Assembly (NCBI GenBank): GCA_001805575.1
Contig: MHGN01000054.1
Location: 1 to 55,761 of the forward strand
Direction: 5' to 3'
From: Omnitrophica WOR_2 bacterium RIFCSPHIGHO2_02_FULL_45_21
Lineage (GTDB): Bacteria > Omnitrophota > Gorgyraeia > Gygaellales > UBA12090
Length of the DNA: 55,761 bases
Part shown: positions 33,087 through 42,085 of the stretch, in pieces
How the letters are laid out: each line of letters starts with the position of its first letter
How positions within the stretch are numbered: position 1 is the stretch's first letter
The notes under the pieces: model-generated
What the model was told of the DNA's origin: nothing
What the model saw: the letters and a program-made list of their open reading frames with translations, nothing else
Database searches by the model: none
Made by a program: the position numbers and the translations under genes

Positions 33087-34577
33087 TCATTTGACCGCTT
33101 CTAACTGCGCCTTTGCCTTATTCAGTATCTCCTGATACTCTCTTTCCGGTTTTGAGCCGCTAACGATGCCGGCCCCGGCCTGGATATAGGCAATGTTCTT
33201 CTTTATTACTATGGTGCGAATGGTAATACAGGTATCTAAATTACCGGAAAAGCCAAAATAGCCCACTGCCCCTGCGTATGGCCCGCGCCGGAAACTCTCC
33301 AACTGATCAATAATCTCCATCGCCCTTACCTTTGGGCTTCCGCTAACCGTTCCTGCAGGGAAGGCCGCCTGCAAAAGATCATAAATATCTTTTCCTTTGA
33401 TTAACCTTCCCTGTATCTCGCTGACAATATGCATCACGTGCGAATAACGTTCGATGCGCATAAATTCGCTCAGCCTGACCGAGCCGTACTCGCAGACCCT
33501 GCCCAGGTCGTTTCTTCCCAAATCAACCAGCATAATATGCTCGGCTCTTTCCTTCGCATCTTTCAACAATTCGTTCTCTAAGCGCAAATCCTCGAGCCCA
33601 GAAGCGCTTCTTGGCCTGGTTCCGGCAATGGGCCTTGTGGTAACCATTCCCTTCTCACAGCGCACGAGCATCTCGGGGGACGAGCCGATGAGATAGAGGT
33701 CTTTAAATTTTAGATAAAACATATACGCTGAGGGGTTTAGATTCCTTAGGTTTCGATAGATAGTAAATGGCTTATGGCGCATCGGCTTTGAGAAAATCTG
33801 CGAGAGCACCACCTGGATAATGTCGCCCTTACGAATATACGTTTTGGCTTTTTCTACCATGCGCATAAAATCTTTTTTCGCGGTCAAGGCCTTTACCCGA
33901 AGAGCTTTTTTGGGGCCTGCCCCGCCCTGCTCATTAGCTATCGGTTCTCTAAGTTTTTTGACGATTGACTCAATGCGGGCGATTGACTTCTTATAAGCCG
34001 CTCTTATGGTTTTAGGATTTTTATCAGTTAAAAAAGCGCAGGCAATAATCTTCAGGCTGTGCTTAAGATGGTCAAAGATCACAAAGGTGTCGCTGAGTAA
34101 AAAAAACGCATCCGGCATAGCGCAAGGAGCAGGATTCTTATCCGGGATATTTTCAAAGGAGCGCACCAGGTCATAGCCGAGGTAACCCACCAGCCCTCCG
34201 CAGAATAGCGGAGCGCCATCAACGTCTATGAATTTATAAACTGACATAAATTCTTTAAGCCTGGAAAGGGGATTACCCATTATAATTTCTTTTCTATGCT
34301 TAAATTTACCTGAACTATCTTTGCTGAGAATTTCTAACTGCGCGCCATTTAGCTTGAGGATAGCGGAGGGCGCGCACCCGATAAAGGAAAAGCGGGCAAT
34401 TTTTTCCTCCCCCTCTACCGACTCAAGCAGATAGCCGTATTCGCTTTCTGCGGCAAGCTTCAGGTATGCCGAAACCGGGGTTTCTAAGTCCCCGGGGATT
34501 TCGCGGTAAATTGGAATAAGGTTTCCCTTTTTAGACAGGTTTATAGCTTCTTTTTCTGAAGGTAAATACATATTCAA
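33087..34577 (-). CDS. trpE: anthranilate synthase component I (TrpE/PabB family)
   Basis: Chorismate-binding core [25 protein letters not shown] and [10 protein letters not shown]. TrpE and PabB cannot be told apart by eye. Confidence 0.75.
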   Translation of the reverse strand: MNMYLPSEKEAINLSKKGNLIPIYREIPGDLETPVSAYLKLAAESEYGYLLESVEGEEKIARFSFIGCAPSAILKLNGAQLEILSKDSSGKFKHRKEIIMGNPLSRLKEFMSVYKFIDVDGAPLFCGGLVGYLGYDLVRSFENIPDKNPAPCAMPDAFFLLSDTFVIFDHLKHSLKIIACAFLTDKNPKTIRAAYKKSIARIESIVKKLREPIANEQGGAGPKKALRVKALTAKKDFMRMVEKAKTYIRKGDIIQVVLSQIFSKPMRHKPFTIYRNLRNLNPSAYMFYLKFKDLYLIGSSPEMLVRCEKGMVTTRPIAGTRPRSASGLEDLRLENELLKDAKERAEHIMLVDLGRNDLGRVCEYGSVRLSEFMRIERYSHVMHIVSEIQGRLIKGKDIYDLLQAAFPAGTVSGSPKVRAMEIIDQLESFRRGPYAGAVGYFGFSGNLDTCITIRTIVIKKNIAYIQAGAGIVSGSKPEREYQEILNKAKAQLEAVK

Positions 34578-34924
34578 TCAGCCCCGCCGCTTTCGGAGTG
34601 AATTTGACGATAGAAACAAGACCTATTACCTGTATGACAGGCCGCGCCAATTTGCCGGACTTTAATCAAAAGTGTATCGGCATCACAGTCATAATAAATT
34701 TCCTTGATAAATTGGAAGTGGCCTGAGCTTTCACCCTTTACCCAGTATTGCTTACGTGAGCGCGACCAGAAGCAGGCCTTCTTAAGCTTGAGGGTGCGCT
34801 TTAATGACTGCTTATTCATATAGGCAAGCATTAAAACCTCGCCGGTCTTATAATCCTGGATTATCGCCGGGATAAGCCCGGCAGCATCATATTGTAAGTT
34901 CAAGATTTCGCGTTTTCTTAACAT
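34574..34924 (-). CDS. hisI: phosphoribosyl-AMP cyclohydrolase
   Basis: [26 protein letters not shown] and CDADTLL motifs. There is no HisE domain. Confidence 0.9.
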   Translation of the reverse strand: MLRKREILNLQYDAAGLIPAIIQDYKTGEVLMLAYMNKQSLKRTLKLKKACFWSRSRKQYWVKGESSGHFQFIKEIYYDCDADTLLIKVRQIGAACHTGNRSCFYRQIHSESGGAD

Positions 34925-35700
34925 CTTATGGCAACCCCTCTTTTCTTCAAGTAACCCTTAAGCTCTTTAACGGTTAATTCCTGATAATGAAAAAGCGAGG
35001 CCGCTAATGCCGCATCCGCACGGCCTTGAGTCAATACCGTATAAAAATCCTCTTTCCTGCCTGCGCCGCCGGAAGCAATCAGCGGAATATTTACGGAACT
35101 GGTTACTGCCTTAGTCAGCTCTAAATCATACCCGCATTTTGTGCCATCATAATCCATGCTGGTCAAAAGAATTTCACCCGCGCCTAATTTCTCTACCTGC
35201 CGCGCCCATTTAACCGCGTCTAAACCCGTCGGCGTCCTGCCGCCGTTTATATAAACCTCCCAAAAAGTTTTACCTGCGGCCTGCGGCCTGCGGCCTGCGG
35301 CCTTTTTAGCATCAATCGCCGCTACAATACACTGACTCCCAAACTTATCTGAGGCCTTTTTAATCAAGGCGGGATTCTTTAGCGCAGCGGTATTGATCGA
35401 GACCTTATCCGCACCGGCATTAAGCAGGGCCCTGATGTCCGATAAGTCCCTTACCCCTCCGCCGACGGTAAGAGGCATAAAGACATTCTGGGCAGTGCGC
35501 CTGACGACGTCTAAAATAATTTTTCTATTCTCGGCGCTTGCGGTTATATCTAAAAATACAAGCTCATCCGCCTCCTCGTCTTCGTATCTTTTAGAAACCT
35601 CAACCGGATCCCCTGCGTCCTTAAGCTTTAAAAACTTCACCCCTTTTACCACCCGGCCATCCTTAACATCAAGACAGGGAATTATTCTTTTGCTAAGCAT
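34918..35700 (-). CDS. hisF: imidazole glycerol phosphate synthase cyclase subunit
   Basis: [25 protein letters not shown] and [15 protein letters not shown] motifs. The start is moved to the ATG directly after the hisA stop. Confidence 0.95.
   Translation of the reverse strand: MLSKRIIPCLDVKDGRVVKGVKFLKLKDAGDPVEVSKRYEDEEADELVFLDITASAENRKIILDVVRRTAQNVFMPLTVGGGVRDLSDIRALLNAGADKVSINTAALKNPALIKKASDKFGSQCIVAAIDAKKAAGRRPQAAGKTFWEVYINGGRTPTGLDAVKWARQVEKLGAGEILLTSMDYDGTKCGYDLELTKAVTSSVNIPLIASGGAGRKEDFYTVLTQGRADAALAASLFHYQELTVKELKGYLKKRGVAIRC
35273..35302 (-). repeat. tandem heptamer array (CCGCAGG)x4 inside the hisF CDS
   Basis: The plus strand reads cctgcgg four times and then cc. It is translated as [10 protein letters not shown]. 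Confidence 0.95.
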
Positions 35701-35701
35701 T

Positions 35702-36421
35702 CTACTTTGCCATTGCAATAGCTTCGGGCAGGGAAAACATTTTTTCATAGAGCGCTTTGCCGATAATCACCCCTTTTAAGTTAGGGCTGCTGAGCGCGAT
35801 AAGTCCTTTAATATCTTCTAACGAACAAACGCCTCCGGAGACAATAACATCAATCGAGGTTGCCTGAAGCATTCTTTTAAGCGCCGGAAAATTTAAACCC
35901 TTGAGGCTGCCGTCACGGGTTATATCGGTATAAATGATAGTTTTTAAACACATTTTTTCTAGCCTCGCTATTAAAGGGGTAAACTCAATTTTAACTGACC
36001 TCTTCCAACCTTCTATGCCTATACCACTCGCGGAGACATCTATTGCCAGGGCGATTTTGCGGCCGAATTCTTTTACTGCTTTGGCTAAGAAGCCGATATC
36101 TTCTATGGCTTTCGTGCCCAGCACAACCCTGCTGGCGCCAAGAGCAATGAACTTTTTTATCATCGCCAAATCCCTGATGCCGCCTGAAACCTCAAGCGGA
36201 ATCTTGCTCACGGCAATGATTTTTTTGATCAGCTTCAGGTTTTTCGCTTTACCGGTCATAGCGGCGTCTAAATCAACTAAGTGCATAAACTTTGCTCCCT
36301 GGCTTTGCCAGTTGAGGGCAACTGATACAGGGTCGGCAGAATAAACCCTTTTATTAAACCTGCCCCTGGTGTATCTGACCACCTCGCCATCTTTTAAATC
36401 AATCGCGGGAATGATAAGCAT
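35702..36421 (-). CDS. hisA: ProFAR isomerase
   Basis: [15 protein letters not shown], the (beta/alpha)8 pattern, and its position in the his operon. Confidence 0.9.
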   Translation of the reverse strand: MLIIPAIDLKDGEVVRYTRGRFNKRVYSADPVSVALNWQSQGAKFMHLVDLDAAMTGKAKNLKLIKKIIAVSKIPLEVSGGIRDLAMIKKFIALGASRVVLGTKAIEDIGFLAKAVKEFGRKIALAIDVSASGIGIEGWKRSVKIEFTPLIARLEKMCLKTIIYTDITRDGSLKGLNFPALKRMLQATSIDVIVSGGVCSLEDIKGLIALSSPNLKGVIIGKALYEKMFSLPEAIAMAK

Positions 36422-36422
36422 T

Positions 36423-37046
36423 TTAGAGCTTTAGAAAATTTTCCAGAAGCCTTAAGCCCAGACGCTGGCTCTTCTCAGGATGAAACTGACAGGCAAATAA
36501 ATTGTCTCTACGGATGCCGGAGGTAAACTCAATACCGTAATCAGTTGTGAGGGCAATCAAACTCTTATCCTCGGGAACTACATAATAAGAATGGCAAAAA
36601 TAAAAATACGAATTATCGGGAATGGCCTTGAGCATAAAACATTCCTGCCTCCTGCCTCCTGGGTCCTGCGTCTTAAGTTTTACCTGATTCCAGCCGATAT
36701 GCGGAACCTTCAGCTGATGGGAAAACCGCTTAACCCTGCCTTTAAAAATCCCTAAACCCCCGACCTTGCCGCCTTCTTCGCTTTCAGTAAAAAGAAGCTG
36801 CAGGCCAAGGCAAATACCCAAGAATGGTTTGATGAATATATTTTTTTTAATTACCTCAATCAATCTCAATTTCCTTAACTCACGCATCGCCTCTTGCATT
36901 GCGCCGACACCGGGCAAGACGAGCTTATTGGCCTTAGAAATCAATGCCGGGCTTGAGGTAACTTTGACGTTCTTTGCCCCGGCTGCCTCTAAGGCCTTTG
37001 CCACGCTGCGTAAATTCCCCATCCCGTAATCAATAATCGCAATCAC
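36423..37046 (-). CDS. hisH: imidazole glycerol phosphate synthase glutaminase subunit
   Basis: GTG start followed by IAIIDYGMGNL, LPGVGA, GICLGLQLL (catalytic Cys) and FHPEKS. Confidence 0.9.
   Translation of the reverse strand: MIAIIDYGMGNLRSVAKALEAAGAKNVKVTSSPALISKANKLVLPGVGAMQEAMRELRKLRLIEVIKKNIFIKPFLGICLGLQLLFTESEEGGKVGGLGIFKGRVKRFSHQLKVPHIGWNQVKLKTQDPGGRRQECFMLKAIPDNSYFYFCHSYYVVPEDKSLIALTTDYGIEFTSGIRRDNLFACQFHPEKSQRLGLRLLENFLKL
36643..36670 (-). repeat. imperfect tandem heptamer array (GGCAGGA-like)x4 inside the hisH CDS
   Basis: The plus strand reads tcctgcc tcctgcc tcctggg tcctgcg. It is translated as QDPGGRRQE. Confidence 0.9.
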
Positions 37047-37093
37047 AGTAAAAAGTGTCAGGGTATCATAGTATCAAGTAAAGAAATAAAAAT

Positions 37094-37111
37094 ACTTTGA
37101 CACTTTGACAC
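37094..37111. repeat. intergenic copy (2.25 units) of the same octamer seen in pdxA
   Basis: actttgac actttgac ac lies in the hisB-hisH spacer. The inverted partner aaagtgtca is at 37052-37060. Confidence 0.9.
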
Positions 37112-37115
37112 AGAT

Positions 37116-37712
37116 CTATAGAATGCCCTTGGTTGATAGAATACCCTTGATACGCGGATCGATGGCCACCGCATCTTTCAAGGCCCTGCCGAAGGCCTTA
37201 AAAACTGCCTCAATGATATGGTGGGAATCCTCACCATAGACTATTTCCGCATGCAGGGTTATTCCGGCATTACTGGCCACGGCCTGCAAAAACTGCTTCA
37301 AATAATTCAGGCTGTATTCTTTACCTTCAGCCATGAACTCTGAACTATGAACTCTGAACTTTAAACAAGGCCTGTTGCATATATCTAAACTAACTTCGGC
37401 TAACGCCTCGTCCATCGGCAGAGAGGAAAAACCAAACCGCCTGATGCCCGATTTATCTGTTAATGCTTTTTTTATTGCCTGCCCCAGGCAAATCCCGATA
37501 TCCTCATTGGTATGATGCATGTCAACTTCAACATCGCCGGAAGCTTTGAGTTTCAAATCAAATAAGCCATGCCTGGCAAACAAAGTCAGCATGTGATTTA
37601 AGAAATTTATCGGCGTTTTAATATCGGACTTACCGCTACCGTCTAAATTTATCCCTACGGTAATATCGGTCTCAGTAGTTTTGCGTTTAATATTTGCTTT
37701 TCTTGCTTTCAT
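37116..37712 (-). CDS. hisB: imidazoleglycerol-phosphate dehydratase
   Basis: RKTTETDI, MHHTNEDIGICLG and DSHHIIEAVFKAFGRAL motifs. Confidence 0.95.
   Translation of the reverse strand: MKARKANIKRKTTETDITVGINLDGSGKSDIKTPINFLNHMLTLFARHGLFDLKLKASGDVEVDMHHTNEDIGICLGQAIKKALTDKSGIRRFGFSSLPMDEALAEVSLDICNRPCLKFRVHSSEFMAEGKEYSLNYLKQFLQAVASNAGITLHAEIVYGEDSHHIIEAVFKAFGRALKDAVAIDPRIKGILSTKGIL
37334..37361 (-). repeat. imperfect tandem heptamer array (AGTTCAN)x4 inside the hisB CDS
   Basis: The plus strand reads tgaactc tgaacta tgaactc tgaactt. It is translated as KFRVHSSEFM. Confidence 0.9.
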
Positions 37713-37728
37713 TTTGCACCGAAGCTTT

Positions 37729-38949
37729 CTATGAGAATCTTGCCTTTACCGAATCTAAGTGCTTAGTCAACCCTTCAATATTGGCTATTTTTTCCAAAGG
37801 GCCCCTTACGGATTCCAGCGCCTTTTTAGAATAGCTGATAATATGGCTTGACTTAATAAAATCAGACAGAGACAATCCTGAGAAAAATTTTGCCGTTCCG
37901 GAAGTCGGCAGGACGTGGCTTGGCCCGGCAACATAATCACCCACTGCGGCAGGGCTGTAGTGTCCTAAGAACACCGCACCGGCATTTTTTATCTGCCTGA
38001 CAATTTTAAATGGATTCTTAATCAGGATTTCTAAATGCTCCGGCGCTATGGCGTTTGCCACCTCAACTGCGGCTTTGAGGTTCTTAACCGGAACAATGTA
38101 ACCGCTGGCTAATTCCTGCCTGAACTGTTTTGCCTGGGCCTTGGAAGTTGTGATAAGAATGGCTAATCCGCCGCGATGTTCGCCTTGAGCCAAAAGATCA
38201 GCCTTAATATATGAATTATGGCTATAGCGGTTGGCAATGATCACCAATTCCGTTGGCCCTGCCAGCATATCAATATCCGCATAACCATAAAGTTGGCGCT
38301 TGGCCTCGGTAACATAAATATTTCCCGGTCCGACTATCTTTTGCACTTTCGGAATCGTCTTTGTGCCAAAGGCGCAGGCGGCAATTGCCTGCGCGCCTCC
38401 GACCTTGTAAATTTCATCAACCTTAAGTAAATCCGCAACCACCAGAATATGAGGGTTAATATTACCGGATTTATCCGGCGGGCTGAGCAAGACTATCCGC
38501 TTGACTCCGGCAATTTTTGCCGGAAGCACGGTCATATAGACCGTAGATACCAGCGGGGCTGTCCCCGCAGGAATATAAATGCCCGCGGATTCAAGCGGGC
38601 CGAATTGCTCGCCTATGACAACGCCTTCCCTATCCTTAATCCGCCAGGACTTTTTGCTCTGACGCTTATAAAATTTAGTGACGTTATCAATGATTATTTT
38701 TAAGTTCGCCACAAAGTCGGGTTCAATATTCTGGTAGGCGCCGCTAAGCTCTGCCTGAGAAACACGCAGTTGTTTTGCCGTAAGCTTGACCCTGTCGTAC
38801 TTCTTAGTGTAGCGGATTACCGCCTCATCGCCGTAGAGCCGCACCTCCTCAATAATCTTACCCACCCGGGAGATAACCTTGGGCCTGCGGTAGAGTGAAC
38901 GTTGGTAAATTTTCTCTAATTCCTTTGAGCCGTATTTTATGATTTTCAT
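37729..38949 (-). CDS. hisD: histidinol dehydrogenase
   Basis: IYIPAGTAPLVSTV, LAGPTE, QGEH and GDYVAGPSHVLPT motifs. Confidence 0.9.
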   Translation of the reverse strand: MKIIKYGSKELEKIYQRSLYRRPKVISRVGKIIEEVRLYGDEAVIRYTKKYDRVKLTAKQLRVSQAELSGAYQNIEPDFVANLKIIIDNVTKFYKRQSKKSWRIKDREGVVIGEQFGPLESAGIYIPAGTAPLVSTVYMTVLPAKIAGVKRIVLLSPPDKSGNINPHILVVADLLKVDEIYKVGGAQAIAACAFGTKTIPKVQKIVGPGNIYVTEAKRQLYGYADIDMLAGPTELVIIANRYSHNSYIKADLLAQGEHRGGLAILITTSKAQAKQFRQELASGYIVPVKNLKAAVEVANAIAPEHLEILIKNPFKIVRQIKNAGAVFLGHYSPAAVGDYVAGPSHVLPTSGTAKFFSGLSLSDFIKSSHIISYSKKALESVRGPLEKIANIEGLTKHLDSVKARFS

Positions 38950-41565
38950 TTATTTTAAGTAAGCGCCTATAATTTCCCTGAACTTTTCCAGGGCTTTATC
39001 TAACTGCTTGATATTGCTGCCGCCGGCCTGGGCCATCGCTTGCCTCCCGCCGCCTGAGCCATCAATAAGAATGGCAACCTCTTTTATGATTTTTGCGGCA
39101 TCTAAGCCTTTTGCAACCAGATCATCTGATAGCCCGGTAACTAACCCGGCCCGCGCACCTTGAACCGCCGCCAGACAGAAGGCATAGGAAGATAGTCTGG
39201 ATTTGAGCATATCCGCAATCTGAAGCAGCATATCCACCCCGAGATCGTTGTATTTATTACATATTATTTTTGTATTCTTGACGTCTTGAGCCTTATCGAT
39301 GAGCGCGCTTAGGTCATATTTAACCAGCTCAAGCCGTAAACGCAAAATCTCTTTTTCCGAACTGGCTAACCTGCTAAACTTATCTTCAAGCGCCGGTATG
39401 ATTTTATCATCCGCTGTTTTGATTAAATCAGAAATTTCATCTAACCGGCTCTGGCTGCGCCTGAAGGCCTCCCAGGCAAGCGCGCCGGTTGAGGCCTCAA
39501 TCCTGCGCAGGCCTTTGGCAATTGAAGATTCAGAAATTATCTTGAATAACCCTGCCTGGGATGAATTTCTTAAATGGGTACCAGCGCATAATTCCTTAGA
39601 AAAATCTCCGATATGGACAATGCGCACCTTTGACTCATACTTATCCCCGAAGAAGGCCAGGGCCCTGGATTTCTTTGCCTGTTCTAAAGTTGACTCTTTC
39701 ACCTTAACCTCATAACTTCCTAAGATATTTTTTTGCACTAAGGCCTCAATCCTGCCTAAGGTTTCTCCGGGAATCTTCTCGGAATGAACAAAATCAAAAC
39801 GCAGCCTGTCCGCTTCCACTAAAGAACCCGCCTGCTTGATGTGCTCACCGAGAATCTCGCGCAGGGCTGCCTGCAAAAGATGAGTTGCGCTATGGGCTCT
39901 GCTCACAGCCTGACGGAAGTCAACGTCAATGCGGGCTGAGACCACATCTCCTCTCTTGAATTTACCGTTCTCAACTCTGCCGGAATGCAGGTATACCCTG
40001 CCTTGTTTTACCGTATTTTCAACCATAAAGATGTTTTTGCCTTTTAGAATCCGGCCGCGGTCTCCGATCTGGCCGCCTGACTCAGCATAAAAGGGGGTCT
40101 TATCCAAAATCATCTCACAGGATTCACCGGCTGATGCATAGGCCAGCGGTATCGCATTCTTAATCACGATCAAAATTTTCGCATCTTCAACGCGATGACT
40201 TTGATAGCCTAAGAATTTAGTTTTCTTAATATCTAACTTCCTAACCTCACCAACAAAAACTCCCCCTAAGAGCTTACTTGATTTTTTGGAGCGTTCCTGC
40301 TGTTCCCTTAGGTCATGATTAAATTCCTCCTCGCTAATCTCAAATCCGCGCTCTCTCGCCCAGCTTTTGGTAATTTCAAGCGGTATGCCGTGGGTATCGT
40401 GAAGTTTAAAAGCAACATGGCCAGCGCCCTGGCTCTTAGATTTACTGCCCTTAAACTCTAAGCCAAGAATACGCGGGGCTTCTTTTAAGGTTGAAATAAA
40501 ATTCTTTTCTTCCTGCTGAATAATATTTGATATTTCCGCAATATTGTTTTTTAACTCAGGGTAAACAAGGCTAAAGGTATCGGCAGCTACCGCGGCCAAT
40601 TGATGCAGGAAGGGATTCTTGATTCCTAAAGTATAACCATGAAATTCCGCTTTGCGTATAAGCTTGCGCACTACATATCCTCTTTGTTCGTTTGAAGGGC
40701 TAACCCCGTCATAAATTGCAAAGATAATTGCCCGGATATGGTCGGCAATGGCGTTGATAAGCGGATAGCGGATGCGGAAGAGCGGATAGTTTAAGATGGC
40801 TTTAATTATCGGCTTGAAGATGTCGATTTCAAAGTTGCTTTTTACCCCTTGCAATAGCGCAGCCATTCTCTCTAAGCCCATTCCGGTATCAATGTTTTTA
40901 TTCGGCAATGGCTCTAAAACACCTTCGTCCTTACGGTTAAACTGGGTAAAAACCAGATTCCATATTTCCACAAATCTTCCGCAGGGACAGCCAGGCCTAC
41001 AGCCCGGCTTATTACAGCCGGCATTTTGCCCGTAGTCAAAAAATATCTCGGAGCAGGGCCCGCATGGGCCGTTGGGGCCATCCTCAATTGCGTTGGCCGG
41101 CCAGAAGTTTTCTCTGGGCCCTAACTTTACGATTTTCTTATCAGGAAAGCCAACCCTCTTCTTCCAGATATCATATGCCTGCGTATCTTCCTGATACACC
41201 GATACCCAGAGCGCATCAGGGGTTATTTTCAGCGTCTCAGTTATGAATTCCCAGGCCCAGGCAATTGCCTCTTCCTTAAAATAACTGCCAAAAGAGAAGT
41301 TTCCTAACATCTCAAAAAATGTATGATGATACGCCGTCGCTCCGACTTTATCCAAATCGTCGGTGCGTAAACACCTTTGACAGCTTGTTGCTCTGCGAAA
41401 GTTAGTCAGCTGTCCCAAGAATTCATTTTTAAACTGATTCATTCCGGCTGAGGTAAAAAGGAGTGTCTGGTCATCCTGAGGAACCAGCGAACTGGAAGGA
41501 ACAATTTTATGGCCCTTGGAGGCAAAGAAATCCAGATATTTTTTGCGTAGCGTATTTGTATCCAC
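38950..41565 (-). CDS. alaS: alanine--tRNA ligase
   Basis: FTSAGMNQFK, HHTFFEMLGNFSFG, the GPCGPCSEI zinc region, and the editing and C-Ala domains. Confidence 0.95.
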   Translation of the reverse strand: MDTNTLRKKYLDFFASKGHKIVPSSSLVPQDDQTLLFTSAGMNQFKNEFLGQLTNFRRATSCQRCLRTDDLDKVGATAYHHTFFEMLGNFSFGSYFKEEAIAWAWEFITETLKITPDALWVSVYQEDTQAYDIWKKRVGFPDKKIVKLGPRENFWPANAIEDGPNGPCGPCSEIFFDYGQNAGCNKPGCRPGCPCGRFVEIWNLVFTQFNRKDEGVLEPLPNKNIDTGMGLERMAALLQGVKSNFEIDIFKPIIKAILNYPLFRIRYPLINAIADHIRAIIFAIYDGVSPSNEQRGYVVRKLIRKAEFHGYTLGIKNPFLHQLAAVAADTFSLVYPELKNNIAEISNIIQQEEKNFISTLKEAPRILGLEFKGSKSKSQGAGHVAFKLHDTHGIPLEITKSWARERGFEISEEEFNHDLREQQERSKKSSKLLGGVFVGEVRKLDIKKTKFLGYQSHRVEDAKILIVIKNAIPLAYASAGESCEMILDKTPFYAESGGQIGDRGRILKGKNIFMVENTVKQGRVYLHSGRVENGKFKRGDVVSARIDVDFRQAVSRAHSATHLLQAALREILGEHIKQAGSLVEADRLRFDFVHSEKIPGETLGRIEALVQKNILGSYEVKVKESTLEQAKKSRALAFFGDKYESKVRIVHIGDFSKELCAGTHLRNSSQAGLFKIISESSIAKGLRRIEASTGALAWEAFRRSQSRLDEISDLIKTADDKIIPALEDKFSRLASSEKEILRLRLELVKYDLSALIDKAQDVKNTKIICNKYNDLGVDMLLQIADMLKSRLSSYAFCLAAVQGARAGLVTGLSDDLVAKGLDAAKIIKEVAILIDGSGGGRQAMAQAGGSNIKQLDKALEKFREIIGAYLK

Positions 41566-41576
41566 AATACCTTCTC

Positions 41577-42080
41577 CTACACTTCGGAAGTGCAGCGATT
41601 AATCGCATCGCTAATTACTTCAGTTGAGAATCCGCGGCGAAGCAGATAGCCGTAGAGTTTGGCCTTGAGCTTCTCAGGGCGCTCTTTTTTCCCTCTTAAT
41701 TTATCAAAATATTCCTCTGCTAATTCCTGCACAACTCTTCTTTCATCAACAACGCGTTTCTTTTGCTCTATCAGCTCATCTATAATTTCTTTACTAACTC
41801 CTTTTTGCTTTAATTCAATGGCGATGGCCTTAAGGCCCAGCGGTTTACGCAGGCGGCTATTAACCCAGCGCCGAGCAAATTCTAGATCGTTAATATAATC
41901 TAATCCCTTAAAATAACTGACTGTCTTTGCGATTACAGGGGGAGCGTATTTTTTAAGGTTAAGCTTTTGCCTAATCTCCTCTTCGCTGCGCAGCCTTCCC
42001 TTAATCAGGCGCCAGACATAATTACGGGCCCTGGTTTCCTCTTTATTCTGGCTGGCAGCATCAGCATTGTCCCCATTCAT
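41577..42080 (-). CDS. recX: recombination regulator RecX
   Basis: 167 aa of helical repeats (YINDLEFARRWV) near recA and alaS. Confidence 0.75.
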   Translation of the reverse strand: MNGDNADAASQNKEETRARNYVWRLIKGRLRSEEEIRQKLNLKKYAPPVIAKTVSYFKGLDYINDLEFARRWVNSRLRKPLGLKAIAIELKQKGVSKEIIDELIEQKKRVVDERRVVQELAEEYFDKLRGKKERPEKLKAKLYGYLLRRGFSTEVISDAINRCTSEV

Positions 42081-42085
42081 AAAAC

